DNA of 64,000 bases, taken from Candidatus Poseidoniaceae archaeon (GTDB taxonomy: Archaea; Thermoplasmatota; Poseidoniia; Poseidoniales; Poseidoniaceae). Location of the stretch: assembly GCA_964228815.1 (NCBI GenBank), contig CAXRAL010000007.1:41891-105890 (forward strand). Reading direction: 5' to 3'. This document shows positions 32,906-42,292 of the stretch, in pieces (position 1 is the stretch's first letter; every line of letters starts with the position of its first letter). A program made the position numbers and the translations under genes. The notes beneath the pieces were generated by a model. The model was not told the DNA's origin, ran no database searches, and saw nothing but the letters and a program-made list of their open reading frames with translations.

Positions 32906-34015
32906 ATGGACCTTGACCGCCACGACTTCGAACTGGATGAGTTGATGGAGCGCATTCGCGCCAACGACAACCGTCTGATTGCCCTTCAGGTGCCTGAAGG
33001 CCTCAAGATGCAGGCCCTCGAAATGATGGACACCATCGAAACCGAAACCAGCGCCCAAGTGGTCCTGGCCGCCGACCCGTGCTACGGTGCGTGCGACCTC
33101 GTGCACGACAAGATGCAGCTCATGGGCGTGGAATTGGTCGCTCACATGGGTCATTCTCAGATGAACATCGATTCCGGCATGCCCACGCAATTCATCAACG
33201 TCACCTACGACGGCGACCCTGAACTCAGCCCCGTCCTTCCATGGCTCGAACAACACCGCGCCATGGCTCAAGCACGCCTGGCCGACCAAGGGCAAACCGC
33301 TGAGTTGACCGAAGAAGAAGCACAGGAGAAATTCATGGACGCCGTGGGGCGTATGGCACCGCTCACCGACACCAAACTCGGCCTTGTCGGTTCCATTCAG
33401 CACCTCCACCTGCTGCCCGAATTCCACGACCGTTTGGAGAAGGCAGGCTTTGACGTCACCATCCCCATCGGCGGTGCTCGCCTTTCCTTCCCCGGTCAGG
33501 TCTTGGGTTGCAATTACTCCGGCGACGATCCCTCAATCGGCCACTACCTCTTCCTCGGAAGCGGGGATTTCCACCCCATCGGCCTCGTGCTCCACACTGG
33601 TAAACCGCTGGCCATGCTTGACCCTTACACCGGTGATGCGGAGGAGATGTCGCTCCAACGCATTGAACGCATCCTTCGTCAGCGCTTTGGCCTCATCATG
33701 AGCGTCCAAGACGCCAACTCCTTTGGCATCCTCATTGGAGAAAAACCGGGTCAAATGCGGCGCACCCTCGCCCTTCGCATGAAGCGAATGCTGGCGAAGC
33801 ACGGCAAGAAAGGGTACCTGTTGGCGCTCGAGCACGTGGGGCCAGAACTCATCGACTTCTACCCCGTTGACGCCTTTGTCAACACCGCTTGCCCCCGCAT
33901 CGCCATCGATGATGCCGTCAAGTACCGCAAACCGCTCATCACGCCCTTCGAACTCGAAGTGGCCTTGGGTGAGAAACAGTGGGAGACGGGCTACCAGTTC
34001 GATGAAATCCCCTGA
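32906..34015 (+). CDS. dph2: 2-(3-amino-3-carboxypropyl)histidine synthase (diphthamide biosynthesis, archaeal Dph2)
   Basis: RLIALQVPEGL, AADPCYGACD, MGHSQM, SFPGQVLGCNYS, FLGSGDFHPIGL match archaeal Dph2. ATG 32906 preceded by GAGGTGAGGGG. Confidence 0.7.
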   Translation: MDLDRHDFELDELMERIRANDNRLIALQVPEGLKMQALEMMDTIETETSAQVVLAADPCYGACDLVHDKMQLMGVELVAHMGHSQMNIDSGMPTQFINVTYDGDPELSPVLPWLEQHRAMAQARLADQGQTAELTEEEAQEKFMDAVGRMAPLTDTKLGLVGSIQHLHLLPEFHDRLEKAGFDVTIPIGGARLSFPGQVLGCNYSGDDPSIGHYLFLGSGDFHPIGLVLHTGKPLAMLDPYTGDAEEMSLQRIERILRQRFGLIMSVQDANSFGILIGEKPGQMRRTLALRMKRMLAKHGKKGYLLALEHVGPELIDFYPVDAFVNTACPRIAIDDAVKYRKPLITPFELEVALGEKQWETGYQFDEIP

Positions 34016-34104
34016 TTCACCGGGCCACGACGTGGAAAAGGCGAGCGGTGCACCCGTTTCGAGACCACATCTTTTAGAACGGTTGACATCAGCATTCCCT
34101 TGAT

Positions 34105-35304
34105 ATGGTGGACTATCTTGACCGCATCGGCGCTGGGCTCATCATCGCCCATCCAGAGATGTTGGATTTTGACTACGTCCCTGATGAACTGGTCGGCCGA
34201 GAGGACATCCAACGTGAGTTGGCGTCAAAATTCTCCAACGTGGCCTCACCCGAAGGGGCCGCACGAGCGGTGATCACCGGGCCGGTGGGCAGCGGAAAAA
34301 CGGTGCTCGCCAAAACCTTCTGCAGGGACCTGCAACGGCATCTTGCTGGAAAGCGTGAACTCAAGGTGGCGCACATCAACTGCCGAAACGCCTCCACCAG
34401 CATGCGAGTGGCGCAACGCATCCTTCACCAGTTTGACCCGGGTCATCCCGACCGAGGCCTCTCGCTCGGTGAAATGCTGCTCAGCCTGCGAAAGATGCTA
34501 CGCCGAACATCAACCCACCTCATCGTGGTGCTGGATGAAGTGGACCACATGCTGCGCCGATCCGGAGATGAATTGCTCTACCAGCTGCTTCGCATCGACG
34601 AAGACCAAGAGGGAACGGGAACGATTTCCCTGATGCTCATCAGCCAGGAGCAGGTGCTTGACGTTCTCGAGACCGCCGTCATTTCCAAGTTCGGCCAGTC
34701 CAATCACCTTCGCATCCCACCCTACACCGTGGATGGCCTCGAAGCCATTGCCCTGCAACGAGCCGAAGTGGCGCTGGTTCCGGGAACGTACACCGAAGCC
34801 ACCGTTCGCCTGCTCGCCGAGCGAGCCGCACCGAGCGGCGATGCACGCCGCGTGATTGAATACCTGAGCGCTGCGGCTGAGCGATGCGAATTCCGCCAGG
34901 ACAAGTACACGGAACGCCTCATCAGCGTCGAGGATGTTCACGCCATGAACGACAACGTCGCCCTTGACACCACTGCTCGCTTGGAGGTGGTCGACGACCT
35001 CGCCCCGCAAGGCATGCTGGTGCTGCTCGCCATGTGCAGGCGCCTCCGGACGGAGGAAACCATGACGATGGGCGATGTTGAGCGGCTTTACGCCGTGGTC
35101 TGCGAAGAGTACGAGCAAAAGCCGAAAAGCCACACGACGCTTTGGAAATACGCCAAACTCATCGAGCAAGAAGGCATCATCGCCACCCGCGTGGCCACCG
35201 TACCAGGTGGTCGAGGACGAACAACGCACCTGAGCATGCCACACTTCCTCCCGGCCGACATCGCCAGCCGTCTCGAACTGCTCCTCCCGAAGCGACTTCG
35301 CTGA
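34105..35304 (+). CDS. orc1: Orc1/Cdc6 replication initiator (canonical)
   Basis: DYVPDELVGREDIQ, GPVGSGKT Walker A, VVLDEVD Walker B, sensor-2 GDARRVIEYL, C-terminal winged helix. Confidence 0.85.
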   Translation: MVDYLDRIGAGLIIAHPEMLDFDYVPDELVGREDIQRELASKFSNVASPEGAARAVITGPVGSGKTVLAKTFCRDLQRHLAGKRELKVAHINCRNASTSMRVAQRILHQFDPGHPDRGLSLGEMLLSLRKMLRRTSTHLIVVLDEVDHMLRRSGDELLYQLLRIDEDQEGTGTISLMLISQEQVLDVLETAVISKFGQSNHLRIPPYTVDGLEAIALQRAEVALVPGTYTEATVRLLAERAAPSGDARRVIEYLSAAAERCEFRQDKYTERLISVEDVHAMNDNVALDTTARLEVVDDLAPQGMLVLLAMCRRLRTEETMTMGDVERLYAVVCEEYEQKPKSHTTLWKYAKLIEQEGIIATRVATVPGGRGRTTHLSMPHFLPADIASRLELLLPKRLR

Positions 35305-35377
35305 CCTTGGCGGCGGTGAGGTAGACGATGGGGCTAAATACGGGTCTTTTGTCGGACAAATCCCGAGAGGTGCTACC

Positions 35378-35854
35378 ATGGCAGAATTCATCGCAGTCGT
35401 CAACGACACTGACGCCAAGAACGGCGGCAAATCCTACGCTCTGAAAATCACCGGCAACAACCACGCCCAGATGCTCGGAAAGCGCATCGGCGACGTCGTC
35501 GACGGCCTGTTTGTTGGCGAAGGCGACAAGACGCTGTCCGGCTACAAACTTGAAATCACGGGCGGTTCCGACAAGACCGGCACCCCCATGCGTCGAGACC
35601 TTGAAGGCGGCAACCGCCAATCCATCCTCGTCACCCAGTCAACGGGATACAAGGGCGAAGTCATCGTCAACAAGAAGAAGAGCGGTGAACAGAAGCGTTT
35701 CCGATACAAGCCCGATGGTCTGCGAAAGCGACGAAACTTCCGTGGCAACACGGTCACCCAAGACACTCGTCAAATCAACCTCAAAGTGGTCGAAGCCGGC
35801 AAAAAGCCACTCGCCACCATCCTCGCTGCTGAGGGCGAGGAAGCATCGGAGTGA
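35378..35854 (+). CDS. rps6e: 30S ribosomal protein S6e
   Basis: KSYALKITGNNHAQMLGKRIGDVV...GYKLEITGGSDKTGTPMRRD is typical S6e. Confidence 0.85.
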   Translation: MAEFIAVVNDTDAKNGGKSYALKITGNNHAQMLGKRIGDVVDGLFVGEGDKTLSGYKLEITGGSDKTGTPMRRDLEGGNRQSILVTQSTGYKGEVIVNKKKSGEQKRFRYKPDGLRKRRNFRGNTVTQDTRQINLKVVEAGKKPLATILAAEGEEASE

Positions 35855-35893
35855 ACCCGAGAGGGCAATCGCACGACATAGGGAGGGGGAAGC

Positions 35894-37132
35894 ATGGCAC
35901 GAAAGCTTCCCGCTCAACCCGAGGTCAACATTGGCTTGGTCGGTCACGTCGACCACGGAAAAACCACGCTGACCCAAGCGCTGTCCGGCGTGTGGACCGA
36001 CACCCACTCCGAAGAACGTAAGCGAGGCATCTCGATCAAACTCGGCTACGCCGACACGGCGTTCTACAAAGACGACAGCGGTCAGTACTACGCCACGGGC
36101 AAGCGACCGGATGGCGGCGATGACGTTGAAGGTGAGTTGGAGCGTGTGGTGTCCTTCGTTGATGCCCCAGGCCACGAGACACTGATGGCCATCATGATCA
36201 CCGGGGCCTCCATCATGGACGGTGCCATGTTGATGGTGGCCGCCAACGAAACGTGCCCTCAACCCCAAACCCGAGAACATCTCATGGCCCTGGAAATTGC
36301 TGGCATCGAGAACATCGTCATCGTTCAGAACAAGATCGACCTGGTCTCGAAGGAGCGGGCCATGGAATCTCACGCCGAGATCAAAGCCTTCCTCAATGGC
36401 ACCATCGCCGAAAACGCACCCATCATTCCCGTTTCAGCGCACCACGACGTGAACCTCGACATCCTCATCCACGCCATTGAGGCCACCATTCCAACACCCG
36501 ACCGATCCAAGGACAAGCGCTCCATCATGCACGTTGCTCGTTCCTTCGACATCAACCGCCCCGGTACACGCCCGACCAAGCTTCGAGGCGGCGTCATTGG
36601 CGGCAGCATCGTGGAAGGTGAGTTTTCCGAAGGCGATGAAATCATCATCGGACCCGGTCGAAAAATCGAGAAGGGCAACAAATCCGTGTGGGAACCGATC
36701 GAAGCGGTGGTCAGCAGCATGCAAGGCGGTGGATTGAACCTTGACACCATGCACGCAGGAGGCCTCTGTGGCATGGCCACGTTCCTCGACCCCTCCATCA
36801 CGACCTCGGACAACCTTTCCGGCCAAGTCGTTGCTCGTAAAGGCGATCTTCCCGAAGTTCACAACAGCGTGTCCATCGAGGTCAACCTCATGCAACACAT
36901 GGTCGCTGGTGACGGTGAATCGCCCGAAAAAATTCACCCGCTTCGCAACAACGAGATGCTGATGCTCAACGTGGCCACCGCCACCTCGGTGGGCGTGACT
37001 CGAAACGCTGAGAAAGGCAAGACTGACCTCGATTTACGCTTGCCCATTTGTGCAGACAAAGGTCAGCGCATCTCGCTTTCACGTCGCATCGGCTCTCGCT
37101 GGCGCCTGATCGGCTACGGTACCATCGTGTGA
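35894..37132 (+). CDS. eif2g: translation initiation factor aIF-2 gamma subunit
   Basis: GHVDHGKTTL G1 motif, VDAPGHE, NKIDLV, zinc-knuckle and beta-barrel domains II/III. 412 aa. Confidence 0.9.
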   Translation: MARKLPAQPEVNIGLVGHVDHGKTTLTQALSGVWTDTHSEERKRGISIKLGYADTAFYKDDSGQYYATGKRPDGGDDVEGELERVVSFVDAPGHETLMAIMITGASIMDGAMLMVAANETCPQPQTREHLMALEIAGIENIVIVQNKIDLVSKERAMESHAEIKAFLNGTIAENAPIIPVSAHHDVNLDILIHAIEATIPTPDRSKDKRSIMHVARSFDINRPGTRPTKLRGGVIGGSIVEGEFSEGDEIIIGPGRKIEKGNKSVWEPIEAVVSSMQGGGLNLDTMHAGGLCGMATFLDPSITTSDNLSGQVVARKGDLPEVHNSVSIEVNLMQHMVAGDGESPEKIHPLRNNEMLMLNVATATSVGVTRNAEKGKTDLDLRLPICADKGQRISLSRRIGSRWRLIGYGTIV

Positions 37133-37142
37133 GGCCGAAGCC

Positions 37143-37520
37143 ATGCAGCACGTGCTCATCGATGCGTGCGGATGGGTGGCCTGCATGGAGGCCGGATTAA
37201 ACGTTGAGCGCGACCTCGAAGCCCTGCTCGGTCCGTGCTCTTGGGTGCTGCTCCCGCATGTGGAGAAGGAACTCGAGGAGCTCGAACGTGGGCGTCCAAA
37301 GAAGAAATCCCTGCTCCTGAGCCTGTTGCGATCCCGAGCCAACAGGTTGGAAGGGCAACCAGGCGGTCACACCGATGACGTTCTTCTGGCGTGCGCCATG
37401 GAACACAACTGGGCCACGCTGACCGTGGACACGGCCCTGAAACGTCGCCTCTACGAGGCGAACCTACCGGTCATTGAAGTCCGGCAGAACAACCATCTCC
37501 ACCTAGTCGATTCGCTATAG
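37143..37520 (+). CDS. PIN-domain protein (conserved archaeal neighbour of aIF2-gamma)
   Basis: VLIDACGWV...EKELEEL...TDDVLLACA...TVDTALKRRL gives the acidic quartet of a PIN fold. Its position after rps6e-eif2g matches a gene order conserved across archaea. Confidence 0.55.
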   Translation: MQHVLIDACGWVACMEAGLNVERDLEALLGPCSWVLLPHVEKELEELERGRPKKKSLLLSLLRSRANRLEGQPGGHTDDVLLACAMEHNWATLTVDTALKRRLYEANLPVIEVRQNNHLHLVDSL

Positions 37521-37525
37521 AACGA

Positions 37526-37825
37526 TTATGGTAGCGTGAACAAGACGTCATCATCGTGCCCGTCAAGCCAACCAATTTTCACCCCGGCATCAATCCAAGC
37601 ATGGGCGTAGTTAATGGCGCCAAAGGCGCGAACGAGGTCGCCGGTCTTGAGGAAATGTTGAGCGTCGGAAGCGTAGTCGTCAGCCATGCGAAGCATCACG
37701 GCGAGATGGACTCCTTCTTCGGAAGGGGCTTCTACCAGCGGTGTGGCTTTGGCACGTGCCCGTCGGGTGATGTCGAGGTAGGATTCAACTCGCTCAACCG
37801 TGAGCGAGGTCAAGTCCTCGCTCAT
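37526..37825 (-). CDS. small conserved hypothetical protein (last gene of the Orc1-like operon)
   Basis: 99 aa, ATG at 37825, 4-nt ATGA overlap with the upstream gene. Motif AINYAHAWIDAGV. Possibly the DUF357-like family; not certain. Confidence 0.4.
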   Translation of the reverse strand: MSEDLTSLTVERVESYLDITRRARAKATPLVEAPSEEGVHLAVMLRMADDYASDAQHFLKTGDLVRAFGAINYAHAWIDAGVKIGWLDGHDDDVLFTLP

Positions 37826-38874
37826 TCGCCGCCCTCCTTTTGTCGCTTCAACAAGCGTCGAGCATCTTCCGTGCGCCCCAGCGACTCGTAGAGCTCAATC
37901 GCCAGGGACAATTTTCCAAGATCTTCAGCTTCTTGGGCTCGTACGAACATCTGACGACGTTCCTCCCAATTTCGTGCCATGGCGGCTTGTGCTGCGGCTT
38001 TGTATCGGCCTTCCCGTTCTGCATCCGCGAGATGAGGGGCGGTCCATCGCCGCAGAAGCCCTTCTCGGGTGGCCGTGATCATGGCGTCGGGTGTGCACAG
38101 CACCAGCAGGTCGCCGAGGTTCATGCCCTCAGTCAATGGAACCTCGTCCCCTTCTTGGCTTGGGCCTTCGGTCATGGAGATGAGGTGGCCTTCAATGCCG
38201 AGCACCCACCAGCCATCGCCGCTACGAACCGCCCCCATGGGCTCGAGACTGTCGTATTCCAACCGGTTGAGCATGTCCCAACCAAAGGGATGAGGAACGC
38301 CCTCCCACAGCCCGCCATCGCTGCTCTGCAACAACAGTCGACCCTCTGCAAGGGTGGAACACCAACTCCATGAACGGTCTTCCAGCTTTCGTTTGCGGTC
38401 ATCGCCCGTCAATCGTCCACACCACAGGTGGCCATCAGGATCCTGCCAGAGCAGGTGCTCTCTGTCCAACCAACCCACCAACCGACGTACAGGTCCGCTG
38501 TCGACCCGACGGATGCCACGGCCCTGCTGTGAAAAGAGGTGAATCTCCCCTCGGCGACCTGCAAGCGCCCAGCCACCGCCTGGCCGAGGGGCCAAGTCGC
38601 TGAAACCACCCGGGGCGCTTCGCCCCTCGTTGACCATCGAACCATCGTTGGTGTTGACCAAGTAAAACCCGTGAGCAGCGAGCAGTCCCACGGCGCCTTG
38701 TGTGGCTTTTGCTGCATGAACCTTGAATGGTACATCGACCGACCATCGACGGCCTCCATCGGCTTCCAGCAACTCAAGTTGAAGGCCTGAGCTCACCAAA
38801 ACTCCACCTTCCACGGCGGCGATGGTGGCCACGCGCTCGTTGGCTTGCCAGGACCATGCAATGTTCCACGTCAC
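37822..38874 (-). CDS. hypothetical Trp/Gly-rich beta-propeller-like protein with C-terminal helical tail
   Basis: ~40-aa repeats with GxxxLW / DGxxW patterns (GGWALAGRRGEIHLF, DGHLWCGRL, DGGLWEGV, GDGWWVLG). TPR-like tail LSLAIELYESLGRTEDARRLL. GTG start at 38874 gives a GTGA overlap with the Orc1-like stop. Confidence 0.4.
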   Translation of the reverse strand: MTWNIAWSWQANERVATIAAVEGGVLVSSGLQLELLEADGGRRWSVDVPFKVHAAKATQGAVGLLAAHGFYLVNTNDGSMVNEGRSAPGGFSDLAPRPGGGWALAGRRGEIHLFSQQGRGIRRVDSGPVRRLVGWLDREHLLWQDPDGHLWCGRLTGDDRKRKLEDRSWSWCSTLAEGRLLLQSSDGGLWEGVPHPFGWDMLNRLEYDSLEPMGAVRSGDGWWVLGIEGHLISMTEGPSQEGDEVPLTEGMNLGDLLVLCTPDAMITATREGLLRRWTAPHLADAEREGRYKAAAQAAMARNWEERRQMFVRAQEAEDLGKLSLAIELYESLGRTEDARRLLKRQKEGGE

Positions 38875-40757
38875 TGAACCTCACCTCCACTGATGGCACC
38901 CCATGCCATGAGTTGCGCCCTTGCTGCTTGTGTAAGTGAATACTTGCGTGAGCGCCCTACTTGGCGAGCCTGCAGGATGCCGTGCTTCAACAAACGGTTG
39001 CTGATTTGAGAAAGACGAGCGCGTTTGATGTTCATGTGCGCCAGCATGTCCACGTCGGAGGGTGAGTAGGCACGTTGGTGTGCCAGCGCCACAACATAAC
39101 TCTCATTCGAATTCAAGGAACCCAGCAGGTGCTTGTTGAGGGCATAGGACTCGTTCGGCCCTGTGCGTTCTCGAATTCGGCTTTGAAGAAAGGCCAGAAG
39201 ACCTTCGTGGTGAGCGTTGGAGGTTGGTGAGACTGTGCTCAACAGATCAGCGAGCACCGACAGCACCGCTTGATTCGTCAGTGGTTCGGCCTCGGCGGGC
39301 TTTATCGAGTGAACCGGAGTTTCATTGAAAACAACCGTTGACACCTCCTCTTCAGCCTCATCCAGCATCCCAATTTCGTCATGGAGGAGCATGGCCGATT
39401 CCTCCTCAGGGATGTCCTCAGGCGGTGAGGGAGGAAGAAGGTCTTCAGCCACCCAGTACTGGAACTCCGTGGATGTTGCAATGAGCTCTTGAGAATGAGG
39501 CTCTTCCTCCTCATCACCGGATTCCGTGGCTGTATTGGCGTCCTTGTTTCGGTTGGCCAAGCCTTTGAACATCCCGTGAATCGGCGTCCGGCCCCCCAGT
39601 GCCTGGTCTGCATCAATGATGGGGGGATTGAGGGGGTTGGCTTGCAGCGGTTCGTCCTTTTCTTGTTCCTCACTCAACCGGTCCATGTCCAACTCAAAGC
39701 CTGCCAGTGCCGGAGGTGCATGGGCCGAGGCACCCGCCTCTGTGCTGCTGGAAAGCGGCGGGCGTTGATTCCACGGCATCGAGGCATCAATCACGTCGGA
39801 GGAAGCTTGCCCAGCCTCGCCACCAACCACAGGCTCATTGTTCGTTTGTTCCGCCCCAATGTCTGTGGGTCCAACGTCGTCCTCCCATGCCTCGTTCGCG
39901 ACCGTTTCATGGCCCGAGGCCGTTGCCTCATCGTTCCCCATCAAACGGTAGAGCCGTTCGGGTTCATCCCGAGGTTGAATCCTGGCAGAGGTATCGAGGT
40001 AGGGCGCGGGTGCACCGTTTGATTGGCGCATGCGAATGCTGTCCACCGCATCACGAAGGATGGTGATAACCGATGCAGGATACCCATCGCACTCATCGAG
40101 GATGGTCGCAGCATCTTGCATGGTGAACGCACTGTCCATGACACCGACGGAGGCAAGACGTTGTTGCACCAGCGCCATCACATCGTTGGCCGTGAACGGA
40201 GGAAGTCGAAACAACTCAAACCCGTCCACGACGGCACTTGGCAGGTGATGACGCTCCTTGATGTCACATACCAGCACGAGCAAAGCGTTGAGCCGCTCAA
40301 GCGATGAATGGGCATCACGGAGGGCGACTTCCAACACCGAGAGGTCGCTGGCCGGAACGTCAATCACGATCATTGGCAATTTGTCGTTGTAGGAGTACAT
40401 CTCGTTCACCAGCTCGGTGACCAACTCGGTTCGATTGACTGGTGGCTCCCCACCGATCATTTGCCGATAGCACATGCTCAGCAGTGACGCCGCTGGGGAA
40501 TGCGCAGGGAGGTGGTCGATGGTCGCCACGGCTGCCGCATAGGTTTTCAGGCAACTCACAAGCGACGTCCGACCTGAACCCAACGGACCCAGCAGCATCA
40601 CGCGACGAGCGGAGCGGAAGCGCAAGAAATTCTGGAGACGAGTAAAGAGGTCGTCCCGTCCGATCAGTTTACCCGACTCTCCGGGTTCAAGAGGGCGGAT
40701 GGAAAACGGATTTTCCTCCAGGCAAGGTAAGCCGTAAGCATAGGTTTCTCGAACCAT
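38871..40757 (-). CDS. divergent Orc1/Cdc6-like AAA+ ATPase with long acidic disordered insert and C-terminal winged helix
   Basis: ENPFSIRPLEPGESGKLIGRDDLF...RRVMLLGPLGSGRTSL (Orc1-type N-terminus plus Walker A), IVIDVPASD (Walker B), DGYPASVITILRDAVDS (sensor-2-like). ~270-aa Asp/Glu-rich low-complexity region at about 39160..39970. C-terminal wHTH NIKRARLSQISNRLLKHGILQARQVGRSRKYSLT. Start assigned to ATG 40757 (M29 of the track ORF), which has a TATA-like tcatatac ~20-27 nt upstream. Confidence 0.55.
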   Translation of the reverse strand: MVRETYAYGLPCLEENPFSIRPLEPGESGKLIGRDDLFTRLQNFLRFRSARRVMLLGPLGSGRTSLVSCLKTYAAAVATIDHLPAHSPAASLLSMCYRQMIGGEPPVNRTELVTELVNEMYSYNDKLPMIVIDVPASDLSVLEVALRDAHSSLERLNALLVLVCDIKERHHLPSAVVDGFELFRLPPFTANDVMALVQQRLASVGVMDSAFTMQDAATILDECDGYPASVITILRDAVDSIRMRQSNGAPAPYLDTSARIQPRDEPERLYRLMGNDEATASGHETVANEAWEDDVGPTDIGAEQTNNEPVVGGEAGQASSDVIDASMPWNQRPPLSSSTEAGASAHAPPALAGFELDMDRLSEEQEKDEPLQANPLNPPIIDADQALGGRTPIHGMFKGLANRNKDANTATESGDEEEEPHSQELIATSTEFQYWVAEDLLPPSPPEDIPEEESAMLLHDEIGMLDEAEEEVSTVVFNETPVHSIKPAEAEPLTNQAVLSVLADLLSTVSPTSNAHHEGLLAFLQSRIRERTGPNESYALNKHLLGSLNSNESYVVALAHQRAYSPSDVDMLAHMNIKRARLSQISNRLLKHGILQARQVGRSRKYSLTQAARAQLMAWGAISGGEVQ

Positions 40758-40863
40758 GGCCGAGCAACTTTCTCCAAGTATATGATGTTTCAGCGTGCCA
40801 TGAGCGCCCCCAAGAGCGTTACGACATGTTAATCGCTTCACGGAAGAGAAGAAACACGAGGAT

Positions 40864-40918
40864 TTAACGCCGCATTAACGCCATATTAACGCGTTAGCAG
40901 ATGTGTTAATTGCGTTAA
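40864..40918. repeat. array of TTAACGC heptamers: three direct copies at 11-bp phasing plus an inverted copy, between the Orc1-like gene and hmgA
   Basis: Read directly: TTAACGC at 40864-40870, 40875-40881 and 40886-40892. Third copy extends to the near-palindrome TTAACGCGTTAG. Inverted GCGTTAA at 40912-40918. Related GCGTTAC / TTAATCGC half-sites at about 40813-40837. Confidence 0.5.
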
Positions 40919-40991
40919 CAATGCTCAACGGGCGAGGCCCGTTCAGCGATTGATTCAAGGAACGAAGGCCCCACCCACCAACGGGAGCGAC

Positions 40992-42290
40992 ATGCCGGTT
41001 GAGAACAGTCGAGTCAAAGGATTGTACAAACTCAGCGTCGAGGAACGCCGTTCCTTGGTGGCAGAAGCCGCCAACCTCTCGGATGCTCATGTCGCCGCCT
41101 TGGCCGCCCATGGCGAATTGGATGAAACCGCAGCCGATCGCATGATTGAGAACGTGATCGGCACCATGTCGCTCCCGGTGGGCGTTGCCACGAACTTTGT
41201 CATTGATGGTGCTCATTACCTCATTCCGTTCTGCCTGGAGGAGTCCAGCGTGGTTGCAGCCGCATCAAACATGGCCAAGCGTTGTCTCAGCCACGGCGGG
41301 TTCACCACCAACAACGATGCACCCGTCATGATCGGTCAAATTCAACTCTTGGACGTCGACGATCATGAGCAAGCAACCACTCACATCAAAGACGCCAAAG
41401 ACGAATTAATGGCGTTCTGCAACGACATCCCATCCCGCATGATCGCCATGGGCGGAGGGTGCAAAAACATCGAGATTCGGCGCCTACCTTCCCCCATGGG
41501 CGAGATGCTGATCGTCCATTTGTTGGTGGATTGCAGGGACGCCATGGGCGCCAATGCGGTGAACACCATGGCAGAACGTGTGGCACCTCGCTTGGAGGCA
41601 TTGACCGGCGGTCGTGCTCACCTCCGTATCCTCTCCAACCTTGCAGGCCACCGTCTGGCCCGCGTACAAGCCGTGTTCACTCCTGAAGAAATGGCATCCG
41701 ATGGCACCCAAGAGGACGGCTTGGCAGTCATTCAAGGCATCCTTGAGGCCCACGCCTTTGCTGTGGAAGACCCGTTTCGTGCCACGACGCACAACAAAGG
41801 CGTCATGAACGCCATCAGCAGCGTAGCGCTCGCCTGTGGCCAGGATTGGCGGGCGATTGAAGCGGGCTGCCATGCTTGGACGACCATGGCCGACGGCCGC
41901 TACACGTCCATGTCGGATTGGACACAGGACAGCGAAGGCAACCTGGTCGGAAGCATGGACCTCCCGATGGCCGTTGGTATCGTTGGCGGTGCCTCGAAAG
42001 TACACCCCGCTGCTCAAGCCAACCTCGCCATCCTGGGTGTCGAAACGGCTCAGGAATTGGCTGGCATCATCCTGTGCGCTGGTTTGGCCCAGAATTTAGG
42101 AGCCCTTCGTGCCCTTTCAACCAAGGGCATCCAAGCCGGCCACATGAAACTCCACGCCAAGAACATGGCCGTCAGCGCTGGAGCGGAAGGTGAAGAGGTG
42201 GAACTGTTGGCTGCTCGACTTCAAGCCCATGAAGGACACCGCACGCAAACCTTGGTTGAATCGTGGCTCAAGGAGCTCAGAGGCGAGTGA
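40992..42290 (+). CDS. hmgA: hydroxymethylglutaryl-CoA reductase, class II (NADH/NADPH, bacterial/Thermoplasmata type)
   Basis: ENVIGTMSLPVGVATNF, EESSVVAAASNMAK, GGFTT, DAMGANAVNTMAE, ATTHNKGVMN and GIQAGHMKLHA are class II HMGR signatures (DAMGAN rather than class I DAMGMN). ATG 40992 preceded by GGGAG. Confidence 0.8.
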   Translation: MPVENSRVKGLYKLSVEERRSLVAEAANLSDAHVAALAAHGELDETAADRMIENVIGTMSLPVGVATNFVIDGAHYLIPFCLEESSVVAAASNMAKRCLSHGGFTTNNDAPVMIGQIQLLDVDDHEQATTHIKDAKDELMAFCNDIPSRMIAMGGGCKNIEIRRLPSPMGEMLIVHLLVDCRDAMGANAVNTMAERVAPRLEALTGGRAHLRILSNLAGHRLARVQAVFTPEEMASDGTQEDGLAVIQGILEAHAFAVEDPFRATTHNKGVMNAISSVALACGQDWRAIEAGCHAWTTMADGRYTSMSDWTQDSEGNLVGSMDLPMAVGIVGGASKVHPAAQANLAILGVETAQELAGIILCAGLAQNLGALRALSTKGIQAGHMKLHAKNMAVSAGAEGEEVELLAARLQAHEGHRTQTLVESWLKELRGE

Positions 42291-42292
42291 AC

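Noticed and set aside
34016-34104. Possible oriC with ORB repeats immediately upstream of canonical orc1
   Set aside because: The gap is only 89 bp, is not AT-rich and contains no direct or inverted repeats. orc1 sits inside a co-directional gene cluster.
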